Of a stretch of 64,000 bases of DNA, positions 12,896 through 21,821 are shown one piece after another. The notes below the pieces were generated by a model. The model was not told the origin of the DNA. It saw only the letters and a program-made list of their open reading frames with translations, and did not search any database. Position numbers and translations under genes: made by a program. Where the stretch lies: contig JAYWIR010000053.1 in the NCBI GenBank assembly GCA_036172245.1, positions 186,001-250,000 of the forward strand, read 5' to 3'. How positions within the stretch are numbered: position 1 is the stretch's first letter; each line of letters starts with the position of its first letter. The DNA comes from Raillietiella orientalis. Lineage: Eukaryota.

Positions 12896-12993
12896 TGCTG
12901 CCTGATCGACCACCACCACACACGAAGCCTACACCTAGGGACGGTTCCCGGCACGAGGAGCACCGAGAAAACACTTCCGCGATAGCCGACGTG

Positions 12994-15106
12994 AAGCTTT
13001 CGATTGCGTCGACCAGGAACTCCTTTTGGAGTTCCTGGAACGCATGGGTTTCCCGGCCGTGCTCCAGTCCTACCTGCGCTCCTGCTGGCGCAACGCGTCA
13101 ATTAATATTGGTTTCCGCGGCCGACACGTGTACGGCGTGCCAGTCCGCCGCGGTATCCGGTAGGGTGACAGCCTGAGACCCTTGCTCTTCAGCATCTACT
13201 TCGAGTTGGTGCTGAGGGCATACAGGGTAACTCTGGCAACCCTGCCGAGCTCGTGTGCCGGCACGCCTGCCGTGTTGGCCTATGCAGACGATCTTCTGCT
13301 GCTGCTTCCCAAGTCCACCCAGGCGAGTGCACTCGAGAACTTCTTCGAGTTGCTGCGCCGAGGGACGGGCCTGGAGGTGAACAGGGCGAAGTCGTCCATT
13401 GTCTTCGTCGGTTCGGCGTGGGCTGGACTGTCGTACTGGATCCGCTTGGGGATCCTAGGCGGGCAGGTGCCTCAAGTACCTCGGCGTACCGTTGGGGGAC
13501 TTCTGCGCAGCAGAAGCCCGGTCCGACCGTCTCCAAAAGGCAGCGTTGGCGATCGGTCCGTTTTAAGAAGGCAAGTTCTACTTGCAGGAACGGGCTGCGG
13601 TGTGGTCCGCGTTTGCGGCTCCGCTGCTTCGCTTCGTACTTTTTGTTTGCCCCGCCCCTTATTTTATTCGGAAACGAGCAGCGGGCCTCCTGAGGACAGT
13701 CCTTTGGGGCAAAGGGAGGTCCCGTGTGAGGCTCAAAGACTTGTGAGCTCCACGTAAGGACGGTGGACTTGGCGTACTTACGCTGGAGCGCATGAAACTG
13801 CAACGTAGATTCAGAAATCTCGCCCTCGCGGACGAATTGTGGGACGCGCCTTGGTGCGTTCCAGCACGCCTCCTGGCCCAACGAGCCTGCGGAATCGGCG
13901 GACTTTTGTCGTTTCTGTCTGCGCGCGTCTGCAGAAGAGCATACTGTGGCTCTATGCTGCGACGCATCTTCGTTGCGGTTCGGGAGAACGCCTTGATCTC
14001 CTGCCTCCCAGGGAACTACTCCGCCTGGTTGCACGAGTCAGTCTCCACCTGGGAAAAGATCCACGTTCCGGCGGGCACAAGGAACACTTGTATGAAAAGG
14101 CACGCCCGCTGGACGCTGCAGGAGATCGTGCAGTCCCACGACAAGCTTCTGTGGGCCTTGATAACCCCTCTCACCCCATTGCTGCTTTTCCTTGTGAATG
14201 CCAGGGACAGTAGCGATCAGGAAAATGGACCGTGTCCTGCACCATAGGCGGGAGGACACAATCGATAAAAGCGTGGACATCTCGGCAGCTAGCTGACGCT
14301 GCGACGCCGAGTGTCCTGCCCAACGGAATTCGACGCTGAGGCGAGCTACTCGGACTATCTCCGGAGGAGATGAATTGTCCCCCAGCGTCCTGAAACAGTG
14401 CATTTCTCCCCCTGAAATGGCAGGATGTGGCGTTGCTTGTGGTACTCTGGGGATTACCATTCAAAGCACGCCTGCACCACACCACCCGGGGGGCTGTGGA
14501 TCCTGATTGTGACCGGTGTGGGGCGAAAGAAACATTCCTCCACCTTCTCCTTGAATGCAGAGCCGTCCGCCCTTTGTGGGATCGTCTCGCGTCGATCCTG
14601 GACTTGAGCGGATGCGGACCAAAGGACGTTTTAAGGCTCCTCTTCTGTAGTGACGCCTTGGCCCCGCCCGCTAGTCTTGCAGTCCTTTGCTGCATCAGAG
14701 GAATAGTGGCGGCTTGGAACGCCAACAGAAGAAGGCGTCAGCCAACCGGCAACGCCTTACACTGAACTCTCCTTTTCGCGCGCAGTGTCTGCAAGTAGCG
14801 CCACTTAGGCGCAGAAAGGACTCAGCTTGTGCGGATCCGGAACAGGATCTAGAGGACCTGTCCACGCGCACCGTGATCCCTTCCCCGCCCTTCCACCCTT
14901 ACAACATTTGTTCCCCCCCCACATTTGAGCTTTTTTTTTATTTTTGTTTTTCCTTATTTCCCATCCCCGCGCATCGAAAGGACCTCTCCGGCATGGAGCC
15001 GGTAACCAGCAAGCTGTTTTAGAGTGGTGAACCTTTGAGTTCGCCACGCGGAATGTCATGTGTCTTATTTCAAAGAAATAAATGCCCCGGCACATCAGGG
15101 TGTGAA
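12994..15106 (+). mobile_element. Family A copy A0, right part (RT from KAFD to the 3' end), degenerate
   Basis: Resumes at AAGCTTTCGATTGCGTCGAC; YADD near 13281; CDRCG..HLLLEC; family-A 3'UTR; terminal AATAAATGCCCCGGCACATCAGGGTG at 15077-15102. Confidence 0.92.
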
Positions 15107-15116
15107 CCGCAGTGAC

Positions 15117-15130
15117 GGCAGACGTGTTTT
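15117..15130 (+). promoter_or_regulatory. Conserved 5'-terminal motif, putative internal promoter or initiator (representative copy)
   Basis: GC(G/A)GA(A/C)GTGTTTT-like motif at the 5' end of 7 elements from four families; function is inferred. Confidence 0.5.
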
Positions 15131-15201
15131 TTTTGCTGCTTCTGCGTTTTAGCGCGATTTTGTAGGTTGTGTGGTGTTTGGGCGGTGTTTTGAAGGCGGA
15201 A

Positions 15202-16872
15202 ATGCCTGAGGACACCGCCAGTGCGGAAGAGGGGGACGGGCGTGCCTCGTCCCCTCAGCCCATGGATGTGGGGGCCATCTCCACCACAGATTCGTCCCCC
15301 GCTCCGGCGAGGGATTGGAGTGCGGTGGTAGCGGCTCCCGCGCCGCCCCCCGCAGAGGAACAGCGGGCCTACATGGCCGACGGCTACAACCCGGCCCTAC
15401 TTTACAAGGTAGGTGGCCTGTACTCCCCCGCGGTGTTACGATCGTTCGCCGCGGAGTTTAAAAAGTTGAAAGTCCCGGAGGACGAAGTCCTCGGGCTTTC
15501 CGTGCGAAGTGGCGGGCAGCTGGTTGAGCTGAACTGCAAGTCTGCAGGGATGGCTCAGCAGCTGCTCCGCCTGCCGGTGACCGTGAACGGTCGAAGAATC
15601 TTCCCGTTCACGGCGGACAACTCCATGGTTGTCCACCTCACCGGTATTACGATGAGAATGGCCAAGACCGCCGTTCGGGAAAGTTTGGAGAAGTTCGGGA
15701 CGGTCCACGCGTTGTGGGCAAAACCCACTGTCCTGGGTTACACCAGGGCATTTAGTGGTTACGCCGCTGCGCGCGTGACGGTACGTGCCGAGGGTGGGCT
15801 ACCCCACAGACTGCAGGTCGGGGAGGAGGAGATCGACCTGTGGTATGTGGGGAAACCCGTATACTGCGGCTTTTGCCAGGTGTCGGGGCACCTGAAGAAG
15901 AGATGCCCAAACATCGTGTGCTTGGGCTGCGGCGCAAAGGGGCACATCAGGCGGATGTGCCCCAACAGAAAAAGGTCAGTTCCTACAGGCGCGAGGAAAG
16001 CAGACACGCCGAAGGAACAGGACCGGAGCCACGAAATGGCAGAAACCCACCCTGCCGACCAACCCGCTGCTCAGCCATCCACCAGCGAACAACCAGCTGG
16101 AGAAAGCGCCGAGAACGAGGAAGGTTGGCAGAAGGTGGAGAAGAGGAAAAAGGCCCCGAAGAAGGAGGTCAAACGAATCACCAAGGCGGCACCGCTGAAG
16201 AAGAAGCAGGTGATCCGCGCTTGTTCGGTAAAAATCGAACGCGTGTCGGTCATAAAAACCGCCGAAAAAATAGCGGTAAAACCGATCGATACCGTCGAAT
16301 CCGCGCCGATCGCGCCCGCAGTGACGTCACCATCAGCTGGCGACAATGCCGCTCCGGCATTGCCAGCGAAGGACGTCTGCGCGGCGATCGATGAAGCCGC
16401 TTCCATTGCGCCTGCGCCGTGTGTCGGTGCGGAAAGCGAGGAGGTGGCGCGAATCGAAGACGCGACCTTCGAGCAGGCCGCGGAAGAGCTGGCAGCCATG
16501 TTCAGGCGGCCTGCCAAGGTCGAAAAGAAGGCCTTGAGACGACCGGCGACGGCGAAGGGCCCGGAATCTTCCGGGTCCGACGCTGAAGCCGGTTGCTCTA
16601 CTTCCGCAGCCGTGCCGAAGAGGAAAGCTGGCAAGAAGGCCGGATGCCCGAGACGTGTCGCCTCCTCCCAAGTGGAGGAGCCCATGTCATCGGGCACGGA
16701 GGAGGAGGCAATGTGCGTCGCGTCACGCGAGCCTTCTCCGATCCGTGTCTCGGAAGCCAGCGCAATGGAAGTCGCTGCTGACGACGTGCTCCCGGGTGAG
16801 CAGCCGACCGTCGTCACGGCCGCCAACGAGCCGCCTCCCGAAAGGGAGGAGGCCGCCTCCACCCCACCATAA
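15202..16872 (+). CDS. LINE ORF1p, 556 aa, gag-like nucleic-acid-binding protein
   Basis: Uninterrupted ORF from the MPEDT ATG; CGFCQVSGHLKKRC and CLGCGAKGHIRRMC knuckles; upstream alpha/beta block resembling an RRM (inferred); disordered C-terminal half. Confidence 0.92.
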   Translation: MPEDTASAEEGDGRASSPQPMDVGAISTTDSSPAPARDWSAVVAAPAPPPAEEQRAYMADGYNPALLYKVGGLYSPAVLRSFAAEFKKLKVPEDEVLGLSVRSGGQLVELNCKSAGMAQQLLRLPVTVNGRRIFPFTADNSMVVHLTGITMRMAKTAVRESLEKFGTVHALWAKPTVLGYTRAFSGYAAARVTVRAEGGLPHRLQVGEEEIDLWYVGKPVYCGFCQVSGHLKKRCPNIVCLGCGAKGHIRRMCPNRKRSVPTGARKADTPKEQDRSHEMAETHPADQPAAQPSTSEQPAGESAENEEGWQKVEKRKKAPKKEVKRITKAAPLKKKQVIRACSVKIERVSVIKTAEKIAVKPIDTVESAPIAPAVTSPSAGDNAAPALPAKDVCAAIDEAASIAPAPCVGAESEEVARIEDATFEQAAEELAAMFRRPAKVEKKALRRPATAKGPESSGSDAEAGCSTSAAVPKRKAGKKAGCPRRVASSQVEEPMSSGTEEEAMCVASREPSPIRVSEASAMEVAADDVLPGEQPTVVTAANEPPPEREEAASTPP

Positions 16873-16880
16873 ATACACCA

Positions 16881-19800
16881 ATGCGTGGGCTCGCCTCCTG
16901 CCGCCGCTTGCGCATCACCTGTTGGAATGTCAACGGGTTGCGCGACGACGGAAAGAGGCGAGATGTAGCCGCCATACTGCGAGACTTCGACCTGGTGCTC
17001 CTGCAAGAGACGCACGTTCTCCGACCGGGAGATGTCCAGGAAATCGAAAGAATCGCGGGAGGGCGGCTACTGTGGAGGAACGGAACGGACAACTCCTGCG
17101 GAGTGGCCTTTCTGCTAAAGCCAACCGTCGACAACTCACTGCGCAGTGCACGGTTCGACGGGGATGGTCGAGTTGGGCAGCTTGTGTTCAAGTGGTCCGA
17201 CTCGATCGTCCTCGTAGTCACGAACCTGTACGCTCCGGTGAGCAGCCACAGGGCCGAGGAACGCACTGCGTTCTTCGAAACCTTGCGGCGAGACTGGTTG
17301 GCCGAAGCAGGCGTGCGAAGGGCGCACCTCATTGCGGGCGATTTCAATCTCCGCCTGCTGGCAGGTGCGCCCAGCGGACGAGCACAGCTGGTCAACGAGT
17401 TGTGCGCAGCCATGCATGCGCGCAACGTGTTGGCCGGCGATGCCGGGAGAGATCGGAACATCGACCACATGTTCCTCGACAACCACCTGTGCACGCGGGT
17501 GGGAACTCGAGGAACGCTCCCGGCAGAGCTGTCCGACCATCCACGGCTCGTGCTCGAGTTACATCCTCGCAATAAGGGCCCTCCCCTGAAAACATGGCGC
17601 CTGCCAGGGGATTGGTTGCGCCTCGCAGGAGCGGCGGAACATCTACGCTGTTTCCTGCGAGGATTCCAGCTTCACACGCTTGCGGACTGGGACGAAATGA
17701 AGTGCTCAGTCCGTGAGTTTTGCGACCAGTTTCCCCTGGAACGTCTTCCGCCGGGCTTCGGTGAGGGTGTCCGGAACGAGCGGGCGTACCTACAGGCGCG
17801 CCGGTATTCCCGGCGTCCCGACGTCCGTCGCCTGGCTGAATTCAAGGCTGAGGCGGAGAGGCAGGCCTGGCAGTCAGGCTCGGCCTGCCTGCTGGATCAT
17901 CAGGGCCAAGAACGCTCCAGCCCAGCCCAGGTAAGCCGCATCGTGCGGGAGTTTTATTCCTCCTTGTACGCGCCACTGACACCTGAGCGCCATTTCGCGC
18001 AGCGCCTGCTGCCGGATGGCGCTCCCGCGCTCAAGGAGGAGGACCGTTCCAGATTGGCGGAACCGTTCACGATGGCGGAGATCATCTCCGCCATCAACAG
18101 GCTAGAGAGAAGGAAGGCACCAGGGGAGGACGGCCTGCCCGCGGAGTTTTACCATCGCTTCGCGCCAGAGCTGGCCCCCTGGTGCTCAGGTTAAGTGCGC
18201 TGATCCGCGAACACGGCGAAGTTCCCGCCTCGTTCCGGTCAGCTAAAGTACGTCTCCTGCCGAAGTCAGGAGACTTACGCAACATTGGCAACTGGCGTCC
18301 CATCACAGTAGTGAATGCGGACGCAAAGTTGTATGCCAAGTTGTGGGCTGAGCGTTTGGGGCGGGTGGCCGCTTCCGTGGTGAGTCCCGAGCAGACCTAT
18401 GCTGTTCCCGGACGAACCATGGAGGCCAACCTGCTCCTCGCCAGCTCATGGTGGCAGTTGCGACAACGCGTTGCACAGGACGGTCAAGGGAGCCTCGCGC
18501 CCCCTCTGACCAAGAAGATCGGGCAGAGGGTGGGATGGACTCGGCGGGAGCCTTTGCCGTCGCGGTCGATTTGCACAAAGCATTCGACTGCGTCGACCAG
18601 GATCTCCTTCTGGAGCTCCTGGAACGCATGGGTTTCCCGGCCGTGCTCCAGTCCTACCTGCGCTCTTGCTGGCGCAACGCGTCTATGAATATTTGTTTCA
18701 GCGGCCGGCACGTGTACGGCGTGCCAGTGCGCCGCGGCATGCGGCAGGGTGACAGCCTGAGCCCCTTGCTCTTCAGCATCTACTTTGAGTTGGTGCTTAG
18801 GGCATACAGGGTAACTCTGGCAGCCCTGCCGAGCTCGTGTGCCGGCACGCCTGCCGTGTCGGCCCATGCAGACGATCTTCTGCTGCTGCTTCCCGGGTCC
18901 ACTCCGGCGAGTGCGCTCGAGGATTTCTTCGAGTTGCTGCGCCGCGGGACGGGCCTGGAGGTGAACAGGGCGAAGTCGTCCATGGTCTTCGTCGGTTCGG
19001 CGTGGGCTGGACGGTCGGATTGTATCCGCTTGGGGATCCCCACGGACAGGTGCTTCAAGTACCTAGGCGTTCCGATGGGGGAATTCTGCGCAGCAGAAGC
19101 CTGGTCCGACCGTCTCCAAAAGGCAGCGTTGGCGACCGGTCCGTTCCAAGAAAGCAAGCTTTACTTGCAGGAACGGGCCGCGGTGTGGACCGCGTTTGCG
19201 GCCCCCCTTCTTCGCCCCCTACTTTTTGTGTGCCCCGCCCCTTACTTCATCCGTAAACGAGCAGCGGGCCTCCTGAGGACAGTCCTTTGGGGCAAAGGGA
19301 GGTCCCGTGTGAGGCTCAAAGACTTGTGCGCTCCACGTAAGGACGGAGGACTTGGCGTTCTTACGCTGGAGCGCATTGAACTACAACTCCGGTTCAGGAC
19401 TCTCGCCCTTGCGGCGGAATTGTGGGACACGCCTTGGTGCGTTCCAGCACGCCTCCTGGCCCAACGAGCCTGCGGATTCGACGGACTTTTGTCGTTTCTG
19501 CTTGCACGCGACCGCAGAGAAGCACACGGCTGCTTAATCCTGCGTCGCATGGAAGTTGCGGTACGGGAGAACGCCTGGATCTCCTGCCGCCCAGGGAACT
19601 ACTCTGCATGGCTGCACGAGTCGGTGTCCACCTGGGTAAAGATCCACGTTTCGGCGGGCACAAGAAACACTTGCCTGCAAGGGCACGCCCGCTGGAAACT
19701 GCAGGAGATCGTGCAGTCCCACGAAAAGCGCATGTGGGCTTTGATTACCCCCCTTGCCCCAGTGCTGCCCTTCCTCATCGACGCCAGGGACAGTAGGGAG

Positions 19801-20436
19801 CTTGGGAAATGGAACGTGTCCTGCACTATTGGAGGCAGGACACAAACGATTATGGCGTGGACATCTCGGCAGCTAGCGGACGCTTCGACACCGAGAGTCC
19901 CGCCTAACGGAATTCGACGCTGGGGCGAGCTACTCGGACTATCTCCGGAGGAGATGAAGTGGCCCCCGGCGTCCTGGAACAGTGGATCCCTCCCCCTGAA
20001 ATGGCAGGATGTGGCGTTGCTTGTGGTCCTCTGGGGACTTCCATTCAAAGCACGCCTTCATCACCCAACCCGGGGGGCTGTGGATCCTTATTGTGACCGG
20101 TGCGGGGAAAAAGAGACCTTCCCCCACCTTCTCATCGAGTGCAGTGCCATCCGCCCTTTATGGGATCGCCTTACGGCGATCCTGGACTTGCGCGGATGCG
20201 GCCCTAAGGACGTTTTTAGGCTCCTCTTCCGTAGTGACGCCTTGTCCCCCTCCTCTTCTGTAGCAGTCCTCTGCTGCATTCGAGGGATCGTGGCGGCTTG
20301 GAACGCCACCAGAAGAAGACGTCAGCCAACTGGCAACGCCTTACGGTTCACCCGCCTATTCGTCCGAGACGTCTGCAAGTGGCGCCACTTGGGCGCAGAG
20401 AGGACTCAGCTTGTACGGATCCTAAATAGGATCTAG
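16881..20436 (+). CDS. LINE ORF2p (APE endonuclease, reverse transcriptase, CCHC zinc motif); 1185 aa if two homopolymer frameshifts near 18175 and 18500 are corrected
   Basis: ORFs 16881-18194, 18182-18688 and 18448-20436 join into WNVNG/QETH/GDFN/IDH/SDH, KAPGEDG, WRPIT, QTYAVPGR, DLHKAFD, RQGDSLSP, HADD, KYLG, GGLG and CDRCG-X6-H-X4-C. Confidence 0.88.
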
Positions 20437-20660
20437 AGGACCTATCCGCCCGCACGGTGATCCCCTCCCTGCCCTCCCATTCCCGAAACATTTGCTCCCT
20501 CCCATACTTCAACTATTTGTTTGTTTTTTGTTTTGTTCTTTCCCAACCCCCGCGGATCGGATGGACCTCTACGGCATAGCGCCCGTAAATACCAAGCTGT
20601 TTTGTAGTGGTGGACCTTTGGGTTCACCACGCGACAATCCATTGTGATTTTATTCTTTTG

Positions 20661-20691
20661 AATAAATGCCCCGGCATATCCGGGTGAAAAA
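20661..20691 (+). terminator. Poly(A) signal plus terminal stem-loop and short A tail of A1 (representative of 11 similar ends)
   Basis: AATAAA-TGCCC-C-GG-CATAT-CC-GGGTG-AAAAA. Confidence 0.75.
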
Positions 20692-21821
20692 GCGGTTCCG
20701 GCTTCGTGCGGCGAAATCGCTACGGTCGCGATCGATAGCGCGGCACACGTTGCTGCGATCGACACTGTTGTTCCAGTCCAGTCCACTGGAAGCATTGTAG
20801 CGGCGTGCGAAAGCTTAGCCGCTGCGGTTCGGAACAATAGCGCGCCAGTTGCCGCAATCGAATCGCTTGTTACGTCACCCAAATCGCAACAGGCGGAGAA
20901 ATCCGTGATGACGTGGAACGCATCCCTGTTGCAAACTTCGCGCAAGCCGCGGAAGAGTTGGCTGCCTTCCTGAGGCAGCCCGTCAAGGCCGAGAAGAAGG
21001 CCGTTCGACGCCCGGCTACGGCAAAATACCCGGAAACCTCCGAGTCTGACGCCGAAAGCGCGAACTCGCCCTCCGTTCGCTTGCCGAAAAGAAAACATAA
21101 AAATGCAACAGGAGCACGTAGACGTGCTGTCGCCTCTCAGGAAGAGGTCGAAATGGCATCTGACAGCGAGGAAGAGTCCATGTGCGTTGCACAATGCGAA
21201 TCCGTGCCTGAGAGCATCCTTTACCAACTGTTAACAAAGTCCACGGCCGACGTTGTGAGCGATGCTCCTGAACACTCCAACGACATGGACCCGAACCACT
21301 CACCCGTCTTCTGAATAGGAGGCGGTTACTTCCACCCCACCATAACAACACCATTGCGTGTTCTCGCGTTTCCTCGCCGCTTGCAAATAACCTGTTGGAA
21401 CGTCAACGGTTTGAGCACCGACGGGAAGAGGCGAGACGTAGCCGCCATTCTGCGAGACTTCGACCTGACCCTACTGCAAGAGACCCACGTGCTCACAAAA
21501 GAAGCAGGCAAGGATTTCAAAAGAATCACAGGAGGGCGGCTAATGTGGAGGAACGGAACAGACTAATCCTCCGGAGTGGCCTTTCTGCTGGATCAGGCAG
21601 TCGAAAACTCTCTGCGTAGCGTTCGCTTCGACGGAGACGGTCGAGTTGGACAGCTTGTTCTCAAGTGGTCCGAATCGATCGCCCTCGTTGTGACGAACAT
21701 ATACGCGCCAGTGAGCAACCACGGGGCCGAGGAACGCACTACGTTTTTCGAATCCCTGCGGCGAGACTGGCTGGCTGAAGCAGGCGTACGGAGGGCGCAC
21801 CTCATTGCGGGAAATTTCAAT
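20692..21821 (+). mobile_element. Family A-like fragment A2: ORF1 3' end plus endonuclease up to G(D/N)FN
   Basis: ORF 20913-21314 (AAEELAA..KKAVRRP), 21354-21566 (ITCWNVNG, LLQETH) and 21576 onwards (HLIAGNFN). Confidence 0.88.

Larger units (their letters stand above)
1416..12993 (-). mobile_element. Full-length LINE, family D (D1, about 5.6 kb net), inserted antisense in the RT of A0 and itself interrupted by C1
   Basis: 3' end (AATAAA + hairpin on minus) at 1418-1444; 5' motif at 12968-12980. Flanked by 12-bp imperfect TSD AAGCATTCGATT (1404-1415) / AAGCTTTCGATT (12994-13005). ORF2 reads continuously across the C1 insertion (ITIANADAKLI|AKVWAERLG). Confidence 0.9.
15107..20691 (+). mobile_element. 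Full-length, near-intact LINE, family A (A1, about 5.58 kb)
   Basis: 5' motif GGCAGACGTGTTTT (15117-15130), open ORF1, ORF2 broken only by two 1-nt indels, complete 3'UTR with terminal hairpin and AAAAA. Confidence 0.95.

Noticed and set aside
16881..20436. RT as a bacterial retron, DGR, group II intron or CRISPR-associated RT
   Set aside because: N-terminal APE endonuclease, zinc-knuckle ORF1, AATAAA ends and TSDs identify eukaryotic non-LTR elements.
15104..20698. 7-bp inverted repeat GAACCGC / GCGGTTC flanking A1 as terminal inverted repeats
   Set aside because: Too short, not seen at other copies, and not expected for non-LTR elements.
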